Below, piece after piece: positions 36,730 to 49,626 of a stretch of 64,000 bases of DNA. This stretch comes from Rhizodiscina lignyota (Eukaryota). The notes under the pieces were generated by a model. That model was given only the letters and a program-made list of their open reading frames with translations, was not told the origin of the DNA and did no database searches. The DNA is taken from assembly GCA_010015805.1 (NCBI GenBank), contig ML978132.1, forward strand, positions 744,001 to 808,000, given 5' to 3'. Every line of letters begins with the position of its first letter. The first letter of the stretch is position 1. Made by a program: the position numbers and the translations under genes.

Positions 36730-37598
36730 TCAGTGCTTCTCATCATCGTCGTCCTCGTCATCGTCCTCCGCACTACCCGTATCATCATCCATATCCTCAT
36801 CAAAGTCCGCATCACCCGCATTATCCTCGTCACTATCATCGTCATCAAAATCATCCTCCACATCGCTATCGCCCCAGTCGTCCAGGCTGAACTGCTTCTC
36901 CCGCTCCTCCGCCTCCTTCTCCCTGCTCTTCCACGCATCGCTCGTCGGCATCACGAAGCCCTCTGGAATGTCCTCCTTGCTCTTCTCTAGGTCCTTCTTC
37001 ACTTTCGCCTTGTACACCGCAGGGTCCTTGCGGAGCATCACGCCAGCGTCGACGTTTGCGGGCGAGGAGACTTCGGCATCGTCAAGAAGGGAGAGGATGG
37101 AGATGAGGACCGACTCGACACGCTGCGCGGGGGACCAGCGCTCTGCGGCGGACTCGCCGGACATCTCGTCATCGCCGGGTGCGTGGAGGATGGAGATGCA
37201 AAGGCGGCCATCAGGGTAGATGTTGGGATGGTAAAGCGGGCGGAGGAACTTGAAGTCTGTGAACTGATGTTAGAAGATAGAGTCCCAACACCGTCTGCTG
37301 GAACTGCTGAAGACTAATTCTGGTAACCACAAATGTATCGAAGACTCACCAGGTGGGCTGTAGGGATAGTTCTTCGGGAAGGTCATCTTGGCCTTGAAGT
37401 AGCCGCCATAGTAGAGGGAGTCCGGATTCAGCACGATGAGAGCGATGCTCCATTCGAAGATGTTCTCGTTGATAAGCTATGACTAAAGTGATTAGGACGT
37501 CGGTGTGAAACTGTAGGTTTGCATTCACGAACCTCGATGTGAGTCCAAGCCTCCTTTGATAAGGTCTTGAACTCATTCATCAACACCCGCTCCGCCAT
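36730..37598 (-). CDS. CDC34: Ubiquitin-conjugating enzyme Cdc34/Ubc3 type with acidic tail
   Basis: Exons 37598-37533, 37476-37350, 37256-36730. Contains YHPNIYPDGRLCISILHAPGDDEMSGESAAERWSPAQRVESVLISILSLL (acidic-loop insertion) and a D/E-rich C-terminus. Confidence 0.92.
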
Positions 37599-38999
37599 TG
37601 TGATAGGATCTAGAAGCCTTTGTCCTTAGTTTAATGTGACGGTTCGCGAACGGGAGGCTCGTCGCTCGCCGACGCTCGTAATTCCGAAGGCTCGTAGGAC
37701 GTTGGACGCGTTGAGTCGCGCGTCAAAGGAGGCGAATGGTGTATTTGAACGTTAATCTTGAGCCGAGATTGCGGCACGGCGCGATAACCTAAGCCACAAT
37801 GCTGGTGTTGCTGTGCGTTCCGGGGAGGCGATGACCGAGAGAAAGGGAGGGAGGGAGAGTGCTGAGTATTAGAAGGGAGCGGAGTGGTGGTGAAGGTTGT
37901 ACAGCTGTATCACTCGCGGGTGTCGGTGCTGGGAAGGCTGGCTAGAGCCGGAGGGTGTTACGGGTAGTGACGTGGTGGTCGAGACTCGGGATAAGCAGCC
38001 GGGAGAAGTGCTGTCGACGCCGTAGTCTTCGTGCTGAGTTTGAGAGGAGGTGTCGGAGAGTGAATGAAAGGGAGAAGGGAGCGTGAGTGTAGTGTTGGCA
38101 AAGCGAAGGCGAACACGGCGGGTGGGATTTGGTCATCGACGCCGCGGCATTGCGTGAAAGAGCATGATGAAGCGAGCCCTTGACTGTTCCGAGCGCGGAA
38201 GTGCCCGAAAAGGACCCTTCAGCCCTCTTTAACATCCAACCATCTCACCTCCAAGCAAGGGCCCTGTTGGCTCGCTCAGCGCTTTTTCGGACCATCGCCT
38301 ATGTTCGGTCATCTGGGTATCGCCTCCGTCCCTGATGCGGTGCTGACTCTGGATGACCTAGCAGTTTGGCATAGACGACGCAGGGCTTGCATGGAGACGG
38401 CGAAACAAACAGCATGATAGATCGCCACCGTCCCTCTACTCGTTTTACATTAATACTCAAGCATGTCGCATGTGTGAACTTGCTGGGACTTCACGTGGAA
38501 CTTCAGTCAAAGCGATGGTGAACAGTGTGAAGCGACATACGCGAGCAGTGTCGCGTGCCTCTGGATGACTCTGAATGGCCTGGCATGCTTCACCTGGAAA
38601 TAAGCATGACTAACCCCTTCTCTCGGCCTTACATGTGCCCCGTACGTCTCTCGCACCGGATCGAGACTCTGTGCTGGTGCAGGATGCTGGAGGTGAAGCG
38701 TCGATGTGGCGCAGGAATGTGGCTGGAGGCGGCTGGCACCCCTGAACGCAGGACCTGCCACTGCACTGCATGCCGACTTCTGCCTTGTGCTCACGTCGAA
38801 TCAACCTCTCCACACGAAGCGCCTGTGATACAGATTTCCTGCTAAGCCATCGCCAGCCAGATAAGCTACTTTTACTTCTTTCTGTCATTTCGCTGTCCTT
38901 CGTTTCTTAAACTCTCCAATTCTCCGTGTTAACAACTTGCTCGAGTGTTAGCGACTGAGCGTTTCCTCGAACGTCGCCTCACCAGACGCTATTGCTATA

Positions 39000-40595
39000 A
39001 TGCCATCACCCTTTGGGAAAACACCAGAGTCGCTGCTCCAAGGTCTGAGACGCAGCGATTCGAAAAACCCGCTCACGACATGCCATGGCATCACAGCGTC
39101 GGGTCGGCCTTGCCGCAGAGCTCTGGCCGAGGCAGTCAACAAATTAAATGCCGCTGATGATGAGGAATCGAGCGTTGTAGCTGTACTTGAAGAAAACGAA
39201 ATTGGTTCAGAGATTACCGCTTTCTTCTGCTGGCAGCACAAGGACCAAGCAGACTCGTACCACGTGGGAAGAGCAAAGGTCATGGAGCTGAAAACGAGAG
39301 GCAGCCTGGAGGAGATGTTGTCGAATATGGGCCTTCAAGATGCCGATGAGATACGAACAGCTCTATCAGGCTCGCGAAAACAGAAGCAACGGAAGGAGCG
39401 ACGCCAGTCGGGACTCCATGAACCTCGCACAACTGTGGCCGATCAAGCTGGACTCCCCTCGAGAGTCGATGAAGAGAGACCATATAACTCTGACAGCGAC
39501 AACATCAAGCGACACAACGAGCAAACACGAAAGGACTATGCGCGCAGAGACTACGAACCCCGACGCCGTAAAACACGCCGCGAGCCATCATTTTGGGATC
39601 TTCTGTGCGGTTGTGTCAGCGAGAACGATGCAGACGTACGCTATGACCCTCCAGCAAGACAGCGACAAAGACAACCGAGGCGATCATCAGGAGCTGTGGC
39701 ACCTGTCAGGTCAGTTAATCAAATTCCGATGGCAGAGCCACAGTCATCAAACACCGCCTCATATCGACGGCACGATTCCCAACAGAACACACCGGCGGCC
39801 AGTCCTGTCGCTCCTAAGCCTGCCAAAGGCGCATCAACTCCAAACTTGCACCAACCCCAGATCAGTCCAACCGAGAGAGCCCCTCGGGATTCAACCTCAT
39901 ATCTCCAAGTCCCCTCTCCTTCTCACCGACCACCACTCCAACAAGCAAACTCCTCACCTGCCGTAGTCCGCAAACCTCTCGCAGAGCGGCCAACTACCAC
40001 AACCAAGCGATGGATATCCGCCGACGATCCCATCTCAGCGACCCCCAAGAGCCCAATGGATCATGCAATGACCGTCATTCCGCGCAATGCGTCGATGAAG
40101 CTCGCGTCCGACTTGATGGCCGAGATGAGCAAGATCGAGCAAGACACACGCGAAGGGTACATCTACATCTACTGGCTCACATCTTCTCATAACCCCATCT
40201 CCGGGGACGCAGGAGGCAGTCTGTTAGCCGACTCTCCGCGCAGAAACAGCCACGGCCCGAGCGGTCCGGCCGCGACCGACTCTGTACTTCTAAAGATTGG
40301 CCGCACGGACAACGTCCACCGCCGCCTCAACCAATGGCAGCTGCAGTGTGGGTATCAGCCGCTGCTCGTACGGTCATATCCGAGCCCCCAGACGGGGGTG
40401 AAGGTGAAGCATGTGCATCGTGTGGAGAGGCTGATTCACGTCGAGCTCGGGGAGAAGAATGTGAAGTGGGACTGCACGCAGTGCGGTAGGGAGCATCGGG
40501 AGTGGTTTGAGGTGAAGGGGAGGGACGGCGTGAGGGAGGTGGATCACGTGGTGCAGAAGTGGGTTGAGTGGGGTGGGAGATGGGATGCCAGCTGA
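39000..40595 (+). CDS. MUG113 / T5orf172 (GIY-YIG-like) domain protein with N-terminal Cys/His motif
   Basis: 531-aa ORF. N-terminal CHGITASGRPCRR..FFCWQH; C-terminal GYIYIY..LLKIGRTDNVHRRLNQWQLQC..HRVERLIHVEL..CTQCGREHREWF. Confidence 0.88.
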   Translation: MPSPFGKTPESLLQGLRRSDSKNPLTTCHGITASGRPCRRALAEAVNKLNAADDEESSVVAVLEENEIGSEITAFFCWQHKDQADSYHVGRAKVMELKTRGSLEEMLSNMGLQDADEIRTALSGSRKQKQRKERRQSGLHEPRTTVADQAGLPSRVDEERPYNSDSDNIKRHNEQTRKDYARRDYEPRRRKTRREPSFWDLLCGCVSENDADVRYDPPARQRQRQPRRSSGAVAPVRSVNQIPMAEPQSSNTASYRRHDSQQNTPAASPVAPKPAKGASTPNLHQPQISPTERAPRDSTSYLQVPSPSHRPPLQQANSSPAVVRKPLAERPTTTTKRWISADDPISATPKSPMDHAMTVIPRNASMKLASDLMAEMSKIEQDTREGYIYIYWLTSSHNPISGDAGGSLLADSPRRNSHGPSGPAATDSVLLKIGRTDNVHRRLNQWQLQCGYQPLLVRSYPSPQTGVKVKHVHRVERLIHVELGEKNVKWDCTQCGREHREWFEVKGRDGVREVDHVVQKWVEWGGRWDAS

Positions 40596-41407
40596 TTTTG
40601 GGTGATGAATTGATTTACAAGTCCGCCAAATGAGTCAGATCGAATCGGCGGGCTTGTTCGACCACCCAATCTTGCAATGAACAATGAATGCTATTGACGC
40701 TCCATGAGAATAATTCAGTGCAGGAGAAGATGTGGTTCTGATTGATTCTCGGTGATGGATCCGCCTATTGTGATAATGCAAGAGTTGGTGGCCGAACAGT
40801 CGGGTATTTTGTATCACTGATGCCATTGTGGCCGAAGTCATGTTTTCTCGACTACCTTCCTACATTCGTATAGCATTGCAGAGCCTTATGCTGTCAGGTG
40901 TCTTGAAGTGGAAAATACTTGATGAGTGCATTTCGGCCGGCAGAATACTCCAGGGTTATAAACGACGTTTAGATATACTTTGAAGATCTTTCCTGCTGGG
41001 GAGAGTGGATTCATTAGGCGGGGCACCAGAGTACTTGTATTTATCTTCGTGGGATTTCACGCCGCATTCAACTCCCAGTATCCGAGAGTCTGACACGTCC
41101 CATGCATACATTGCTTTGCCGTCATCGAATCCTACCTATTTTCCGGACATAGCCTCAATCGCATCTTCGCCAGCACCTTCCTAACTTTAAGTCCTCGTAA
41201 AGAAACATCACAAATCGAATCTACTCTCAAGCTGAAAGATCAATCTCTGCACCCCAAACATTGCCGTATCCTGAAAGTTTTAGCTTCAACACGACCTTTT
41301 CCCCCTCGTGTTCTCTCTCGCCCTTTTCCGCAGCTCCACAATTTGCGACTTGCAATTTCACGAAGTCAATTTTGAATTCCCGTTCAGTCGCCAGATCCCA
41401 GTCCATT

Positions 41408-42032
41408 ATGACTTTCCCCTTACTCTTCTGCATTGCTGAGGAAGCTAAGCCCGTGGGTTGACCGCAGTGAATTTTGGGGCCTCGCAGCTTACCGTTCGGG
41501 TTTGTAGTTCGCTCGTAAAGCCTTGAGTACTGGGTATTTTAATCTCGCCGAATCGCGCGTTTGTCCGACCAAGAGAACTGGCCTGAAAGATGACGAGCCC
41601 CTTGAGACAGAGTTTATAGGCGCATCAAAGGAGGAGTGTCAGCAATTCTCGCTGGAGAAGGCGCGGCCGCCTCAAGTCAACTTCATCGAGTATGACATCA
41701 TCGCGGTTGTGGACGCGCGCAGTGCTAAAGATGACACTCTATTGTTGCAATACTATGCCCAACAGCTCGATCCTCCTTACGAAGACCCCATTGAATACGA
41801 AAAGTTCGGCCCTCTACCACCGAAACTCAATGTCTGGTACGATTTCAGAATCGATTACAAAGATGCATTTACAGTCATCGCATCCTTGACTGAGGGCCCA
41901 TTCGAGACCATGCACCCTACCTACTTTGGACTCAAAGACGAGCTTACAGATGAGCGTGGCATCTTCAACGTCGCCGAAGCTGAATTTCTTCTCAGCGGCG
42001 GAGATCTTGAGAGGCTCGGGATCCCGAAGTGA
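41408..42032 (+). CDS. Hypothetical ~189-aa acidic protein
   Basis: Exon 41408-41452, intron GTGGGT..CTTAC..TAG, exon 41508-42032 in frame with the 169-codon ORF. Globular-looking composition; family not recognised. Confidence 0.7.
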
Positions 42033-42471
42033 TCCAGGCTTGTCAACGCGAAGTCTGATGCTTATGGAGGGAGATTTTTGCGGAGAAGAAGGGAAATGTT
42101 AAGACTTCTTATATCGTACAGCTGAGAGATTGACGCGGTTAAAGAGCAGGTGTCATACCAAGCTGTGTAGTTGGAGACAAAACCAGAGCTCAATGGTAAG
42201 GGAGACAGAGATATCAAGAAAGCAGTCCACGGCAGAGAAATGATTCTTCCGAGATACTGAGGAATACTCGTCTCCAGAAATCCCTGCATTTGTGGCTGAT
42301 GAGCAAGCTACCTGCCAATCATGATTTCGCTCATATAAGCGGTCCCAATCTGACTGAAATTTTCTTCAAGACCTGCTAGAGGTCTTAGAATTAAAGACAT
42401 ATCTGCTCATGATTGACTAAGATACGGCGCGTTTTAACACATGACGAGCTAAAATGCGGAGGCATGCTATT

Positions 42472-45400
42472 CTATCTCCCTGTATCGCTGAACTCTCCTC
42501 CACTATATTCACTGTCGCTCTCTTCTTCCTCGTCTTGGTCGTGTTGCTTGTCCAAGAGGATGGATATGTCCGGAAATTGAGCGTCGTACTCGTTGATTGA
42601 CTTGATTCTTGTAGCAATCTCTTTGGCTACGTCTCTTATCAAGGCTTCGGTTGTCTGACTACCTTCTTCGGCCAGGTCTGCAAATTCCGTGGTCATTGGT
42701 GGTCCTATTCGTGTGCGACGCTGTGCCGGGGGAAGATGGGTGTTATTTTGTACATCCCCATCACTCGAAGTGGCCTGCTCAGATCCTGGCACTGACAGTG
42801 CCATCCCAGTAACAATAAGCAGGTCTGGCCATGACCTTTCCATTGCACTGAGGGACCATGGTTTTCCGACATCTTGTTGCATTGTAGGCTTCAGATCAGA
42901 CATGGAAGCACGTCGCTTCAAACATCCTGGACGACAAGACTCTACGTCGGAGCTGCCATCTTCGGAAGATCGAATGAACCGGAATGTGGCTCCCTTGAGC
43001 GACTGCTTGTTGCTCTCACTCTCACGGCTGCCACCTTTTGTTTCCCCGTATTTGTTCAGAAGCCCTCGTAAATAGTAAGCCGTCACCGTCCCATCTTTGG
43101 AATCAAGAATGCCCTCACGCATCATTTTCTCCCGCTCGTCGATAGAAAGAAGACGAAAGTCATGATCCTTGCAAATGAAGTCGAGTGTGTGCTTGTCGGC
43201 TCTGAAGTTCCGTGAAAATCTGTAGTGTTTATGGCTCAGCTTTACGAGCTCTTCGTCTTGAGAATCAACCGTCTCTTGGCCTGAGAGCCCATCCTGCATT
43301 GTGTTTGCCTTGACAATCAACTTGAGGAATTCTTGGCCGGGTCGATACAGGTCTTTATACTTGCCGCGGGCATTATTTTTCTGCTCCCATTCTTCGTATC
43401 GATCGAGCTGTTTAGATAGCCAACGGATTCCAAGAGCGAAGCATTTCATGGCCTGCAAGACGTCCGGGAGTTCCAGTCTCCGGGGGATCGCGCGTCTGAC
43501 ATGCTGAACTTGCCTTTCCAGTTCCCAGATGTCTTGGTAAGCCTGAGGAGACATTCTTCCCGCGGTGATGTAATCCTGATGGCATTCCGAGCAGAGGTAG
43601 CCGGGACAGTAAGCTATTGTGCACATGTACTTGGGCGTATTGGGCTCAGTTCCGCAGATTTCACAGCCACCAAGATAGGATATTATTGTGAATTTATGTG
43701 GCCAACAAATATCCATCCACGCGACTCGTGCCGCTTCAAAGTCAAGAACTTGGTCCAATGCGAACCCCAAATTCTCCACTATCGCTTGACGAGAATCCAA
43801 CGCTGCCACAGAAGAGATTGGGGGAGTATGTAGAAGCTCCTCACAATTTCGTCGAATCGAATCTCGAAGGATCTGCGACTGCACTCTGCAGCGTTCATCT
43901 GGGAGGTGAAAATATCCAGCTCTATGGAACTCTCGCAGTGAGGGCCCGTGTCTGGAGGCCACGTCTAGGGCATTCAGTCCGAAAGCGTTTCGAAGGTAAG
44001 GATCCGCTCCAGCCTCAAGCAAAAGTCTTATAGACTGTGCACACCTGAACCTAGCTGCTTGAATGAGGGGCGACGTTGTTCGCCATTTGTCGAAGTCGTT
44101 CATAGCGTGTGCTTGGTGACGGATTAGGTACATCAATGTCGCTGGAAATCTTCCCGATGCGTCGATCATGGGGGACATGCCATGCAAATCTGTGAGCTCC
44201 AGAGTATCTCCACGACTGTCAAGAAAGTCCAAAATCTCCCAATGGCCATAATATACGGCATGCCACGCGCACGTGAATCCAAGCTCATTGATCGAGCCAA
44301 AGCAAGCGCCATACGAATCTAGCCGGTTGATCATTTTCAGATCGCCTTGCATCGCGGCTAACATGATACACGTGTTGCCCTGAAGGTCCGGAACATTGAT
44401 TGAACTGGACCCTTTTTCAATCAGTGCATCAACAATCTCGATGTTGCCAGCTATTACAGCTATATGGAGAGGAGTAGCGCCGTAAACGTCGAGAGGGTCT
44501 CGTTCGCAAGACATGTCCAGAAAGCGTTGAACCATGGACAAGTCACCAATCTGGGCTGCTATGTGCAATAAGCTCCATTCATACTCCCCTATGGTATGAT
44601 GATTAACTTGAATATCTAAAAGATAGTGGGCAACTTCCACGTGTCCATTTGCTAGTGCGATGAAGACTGGTGTAGACCCCTCGTCATTTGGTATTTCGAC
44701 ACCCTCCGGGTTGAACTCAGCGAGAAGCTTGACTATTTCGAGATGGCCTCGAAGAGCAGCATTGAAAAGTGGAGTTTGTCCTCGGTATCCTTGTTTCGTT
44801 GTACCCTCAACTCTTAGGAGCTTTTGGACAACCGATGAATACCCTCTCAAGGTGGCGTAATGGATAGGATAGTTCCCGCTCGCGTTGGGGATCGAGGAAG
44901 CGCCGTTTTGTAGTAAAAAGGCCGCGATCTCTTCGTATCCATTGCCGATTGCCATAGTGAGGGCCGTCCACCCGGTATTAGTTTGAGAATTGATGTCGAC
45001 GGAAAGTCCTAGTTGAGAGCAGTCTTTAAAGAGCTGCCTTATAAAGTCAAGTTTGCCGCACATAGACGCGAGTACTAGTGGCGTATCGCTAAATCCAGTG
45101 CGTGGATTGGCATCCCTCGTACAGTCCAGGAGAAGCCGCAATGCGGAGACATTGCCAAAGAAAGCAGCGTAGTGCAATGGGGTCTGCTGATTAGGACCGC
45201 GTGCAGCTGCATCTGCTTCAGCGCCAAGTAAAGATGCAACTATTTCTGCACTGTCTCCTCTGATGGCAGCGTGGATTGGAGCCTCTCCGTCGTTATGAGC
45301 AAGATTCACAAGTGTCTTACGCTCCTCCACGGGCTGGCCATCCATAATCGCGCAAAGGACAGGGAATTTGCCCACCTCTGCAGCGGCGAAAATAGCGGTT

Positions 45401-48400
45401 ACGCCATCTGCCCCTGCAATGCTGGGGTTGCATCCGGATTTGACAAGCACCTTTACCGCCTCCAGGGCTCCTTCCACAGCTGCTCTGCAGAGTGCGGTGT
45501 CGCCCAGATAGCCAGGCTCGTCTTTAGTGGCTCCTAGCTTGAGGAGAATCTCGATAGCCTTGGGATGATTATATTGGCTCGCAATATGAATAGCTGCATC
45601 GCCACACCTGGATTTAGCATCCAGATCCGGATTCACGCTGTGAATGGCTTTGATAACGCGAACTGAGTCGTGCATGGCCGCTAAATGAAGTGGTGTGCAG
45701 CCGTCTGCAGATTCCGCTGCTAGAACATCTCCTCCGCGTTCCAGCAGTGCCTTTGTAATAGTGACGTTGTCAGCAACTGCGGCATGATGTAGGGGCGTCA
45801 TTCCATCATTCTCTTTACTGTCTCGACATTTTGGATCAGCACAACGTTCCAAAAGAAGCTGGGATAAGCCTGTGTGATTCATGGACGTAGACACGATTAG
45901 AGGAGTGCGTTTTCTTTTGTCCACCATATTCACATCCGCCCCTCTTTCAATCAGAACCTCTGCAGCTTCCTGGTTCCCTAGGGCGCATGCTAATGTCAAA
46001 GAGGTCATCCCGGAGGCTGAGTCGCCTAGAGAGAAATTCAAGTCTATTCCGTTGTGGGGAATTAGCTCCTTCAAAGTATCGGCCCAGCCATGGTATGTTG
46101 CAAGCCATATCATCTTCATTCTGAGCGCCGTTGTCAAAGTGAGGACATGGGTTCTTTTCATACGGTCAATGAGCCACATGCTCATGTCGTGCTGGTTTTC
46201 TCGGATCGCATATAATAGGGGAGCATCTTCCCATCCGACATCCTCTCTTAAAAATTCCACAATGTCGGCATCATGGAGCGTCTCAGCAGTTTGGATAAGA
46301 CCAAATAAGGATAGAACGTGTAGTGCGTTCGTTGATCCTAAGAATGTTCGAAAGAGTATGATCTCAGATGTGCGATAGACGTATATTTGCATAGAAAGCT
46401 CGCGGCGAGCCGCAGAATCCAGTAATCGGTGAATGAGATGTTGAAGGGTGGGTGAAGCGGAGCGAGATATGTGGTGGCCCCAAGACTGCGCGGCATATCC
46501 TAGAAACGGGTAGTTGTTGAGAATACTCAAGAGCTTCCTCTCTGAGGGTGCTGGCCCATGTTTAAAGTCGTCGAGCAGCATATACATTAAGCAAATTTCA
46601 GCCAGCTTTGCATCAGCATTCTCAGTCCTTGCTTGATATTCTACCAGTGGTGATAGGTGACGTCCGTGCTTGTCTAGATACCCTCGGACAGATTCGTGGC
46701 ATAGCCGAAAGTCCTGGTTCCTGTCGATGATGACGAGATTCATACAAATTGATACTAGTTGCTCCGGATCCGGATCTCTATCTGCCTCATTCACCCTTGA
46801 AGCTGAGCTGTAATCTGCAACGGCCTCGAGCATTTCGGCACGGCTAAGTGGTCTGGACGCATGCGTCGTCCACATGAGTACTAGGAATGCAGTGGACCAA
46901 ATTTCCTCACCCTGGTCCCAAATATCTTGTAAGATCTGGTCGTAGACGCTCTCCAGACCAGGTGGGATCTCTTCAATCTTCTTTAGCTTTTGGCTGCTCC
47001 GCAGAGGTTTTCGCAAGCTTTGCGCGAGCAGCTTCACCCAAAGGAACATGCCTTCCGCCTTGGAAATGCACGCTTCTCGAATCTTTTGATTTGCGCTTGG
47101 TTCAGACTTGTCGGGGAAGAGCGATTGAATATATGCCCTGAGATCCTCTTCATTCGCGCCTTGGTCAGGTTGAATGTGCTTGTAGGCTTTGAAGTGATCT
47201 TCGAGGACATATTCATGTCGGCTGAAACAGATCACTTTGATAGAAGAGCTGTCAGTTCCGACGAGCTTGAGGAGATTTTTTGCAAGTGTCTCGTTCTCCC
47301 TGCATTCGTCCAGTCCGTCAATAACAATGTAGGTTTTGTTCAATCGTGCCAGGGCCGACGTCATCGCCATTCGTACATTGCTTCGGCTAGGAATGTCGCC
47401 TGGCTGAGCGATGGAAAATTCAGACTCGAGGCCGGAGTCAGTTTCCTTTTGCTCACTGAGGATTTGTCTGGCTAAAGCACGGAAGATGTTGAAAGCATTC
47501 TGCGAATATTCGTCCTGCCTGCGACAAAAGGCATACGCAAGGCCAATCCCGGGCTGCACATTTAGCTTCAGGTCGGTGACTGCAACGGCCGCCAAGAAGG
47601 TCTTGCCACAGCCGGGTTTGCCCCGGACCCATAGAAGATCTGACTCGTCGCTGGACTTCCAAGCTCGATAAGTGTTGGTATTGAGCAACCAAGACCCAGT
47701 GCCCTCGAGGTGGTCGTCACACAAATCGCCGTACAATGCTCGCACGTTCGGTGGGGATAGCCAGTCAAGCAAACTCTTTCTCTTCCTCTCCTTCTCTCGC
47801 TGTTCCTCTCCTGTTGGCGAGTCAGTGCGACGATACGGCAAGTTATTCGATATACACACGCTCACGGAGATGCTCTTCTCTCTTCCATAGCCCAATGGCG
47901 AGATCGTTCTGTTGCTGGAGTTGCGCCCGAGTGTCTGATAGTATGCTTCCAACATCTTTGTGGTTGGCTGCTTGCTCGTCGCGCATCTCCTTGATCCGCT
48001 TCTTATCGCACAAGCAAGCCTTTGCCTCCAGGTCTTCGACGTGGCTTTCGAATTTCTCGACCTCCTTTCCTAGCTGGGCCTCATAGTCATTAAATACGGT
48101 CAGTGCGAGACCTCTGACCCTGGCACGAAATTTTCCTTCGGACTTCAAAGGCTGGACAGCCTTATGGCAAAACGTCAGCATGTCCCCATACACTTGAACC
48201 AGAGCCATCTGCACGCGATAGTCATCGTTGTACACGGTCGTTTCATATTCGAGAAAGATGTGGGCCTTTCTGCCCATCCTCGCCAGCATCTGCACCACGA
48301 GCTTCTGATACAGCTGAAGGCGACTAGCCATGTCGACAAGTCCGACAATCCCTCCTAGCACCAGCGAGCCAGGATTTGGCCATGCTTGGACCGCCAAACT

Positions 48401-48717
48401 CGCTGCTGGAGTGTAGAGTTGAATGCTTTGAATATCGGCTCAAACCAGTCAGCGACTTTGAACGGTAGACTCTCGTCTCCGTGTCTCTGGCACGCTGCCT
48501 CGAGCCTCTCGATGTACTCTGCAAAGCCGTCGCATGCATAAGATTCGAATATCTTGCGATCCTCTTCTTTTAGCACTGAGCACCGCACCTTCCAGGCTTC
48601 TGCCACTCTCTGCGTGAGCCTACACGCCATATTAACATCATCAACCTGAATCGGAACGGGAGAATTACTTGGTTCCAAAAGGCACGATGTCGACCTTCCC
48701 CGGTGCTTGGAGGCCAT
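42472..48717 (-). CDS. Fungal NLR-like protein: helical N-terminal domain, NACHT, ~20 ankyrin repeats, Cys-rich (ZZ-like) finger; frameshift near 48420; start codon uncertain
   Basis: Walker A WVRGKPGCGKT, Walker B YIVIDGLDEC, GMFLWVKL and many TPLHxAA ankyrin units. Intron GTGAGC..CTGAC..CAG at 47865-47811 joins the 184-aa and 1827-aa ORFs. The upstream 120-aa ORF joins only through a 1-nt frameshift. Confidence 0.9.
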
Positions 48718-49626
48718 CGCCCACTGTACTGTTCTCCATGCTGCACGCGGTACAGTGCTGGCTTGTTAAGTAATTGATAGATTGTGCCCGTGTGAGCAGT
48801 GGATACTGGTAACTACTTTCCCCAGAATGATTGGAATCAGGAATGGGGTTCACTTTAATTGTCGCCGCTTCGCAAGGCTGGATTCCTTGGCAATGCGCAG
48901 AGCGCCCAAGGCGGAGTACGCGCGAGATGGAGACGCTTCAAGGCCGCAATTGCCTGCACAGCCAGGCCAGGGTTGGTGGTTCAATCCAATGCAATGTACG
49001 GAGCACGCGTCCGATGATCTTAGGGAGCAGCGCACACCAGCCGGCAGAACCAGGCTGTCTCGGATGCATGTCGTCTTGAGTCTCGTGAAATACGGCATAT
49101 TGGAGTGCAATCGCTCTGATCTAGGACACACTCATACGACCAATGAATTATTAAGCGACAGTTGACAGGCGGTGTTGCTGGCAGCAAAGGAGCAAGGACT
49201 CTCGTATGTACGGAGCAAGGCCACGCCGACGGCTGGCTGAGGCGACGAGGGCCACATCAGGCAGCTCGATCTGACAAGGCTTCATTTAATTAGATATTGA
49301 ACTCTCCAGTGTCAGAACTGGGTAATGAATGATAACGGAGGTCTTGCAAGGGCAAGAAGAAATGATATTGCCGTCATGCGCCTTGACGTTTCTCCCGCCA
49401 ATCGGAGAGCTCCATGCTCCGCAACCTCACCCAATATCACTATACGCCGAACATATCTTGTAGAGTGGAATATAACCGACCATGATAATAAATTCCTCGC
49501 CTGTCTCTACTTTGATCTTCTTGAGAACAATCCTATAGCGTTGTGGATGCATCGCCTCCCAAATAGGTGACATTCACCTGCACCACCGACCCACGACAAT
49601 TCTCACCTCTAATCCATCCACCCACC

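Noticed and set aside
1..37598. RPT2, UBC1 and CDC34 as a ubiquitin-proteasome gene cluster
   Set aside because: CDC34 is 35 kb away with many unrelated genes in between.
39000..40595. GIY-YIG-like ORF as a homing endonuclease or mobile element
   Set aside because: The architecture matches the ordinary chromosomal MUG113-type gene of filamentous ascomycetes, and there are no flanking repeats or host intron.
40631..40637. TGAGTCA (Gcn4/CpcA consensus)
   Set aside because: It lies just after the MUG113 stop codon rather than in an amino-acid-gene promoter. Likely chance.
47811..47865. Apparent second frameshift in the NLR (184-aa and 1827-aa ORFs in different frames)
   Set aside because: Explained by a canonical 55-nt intron GTGAGC..CTGAC..CAG.
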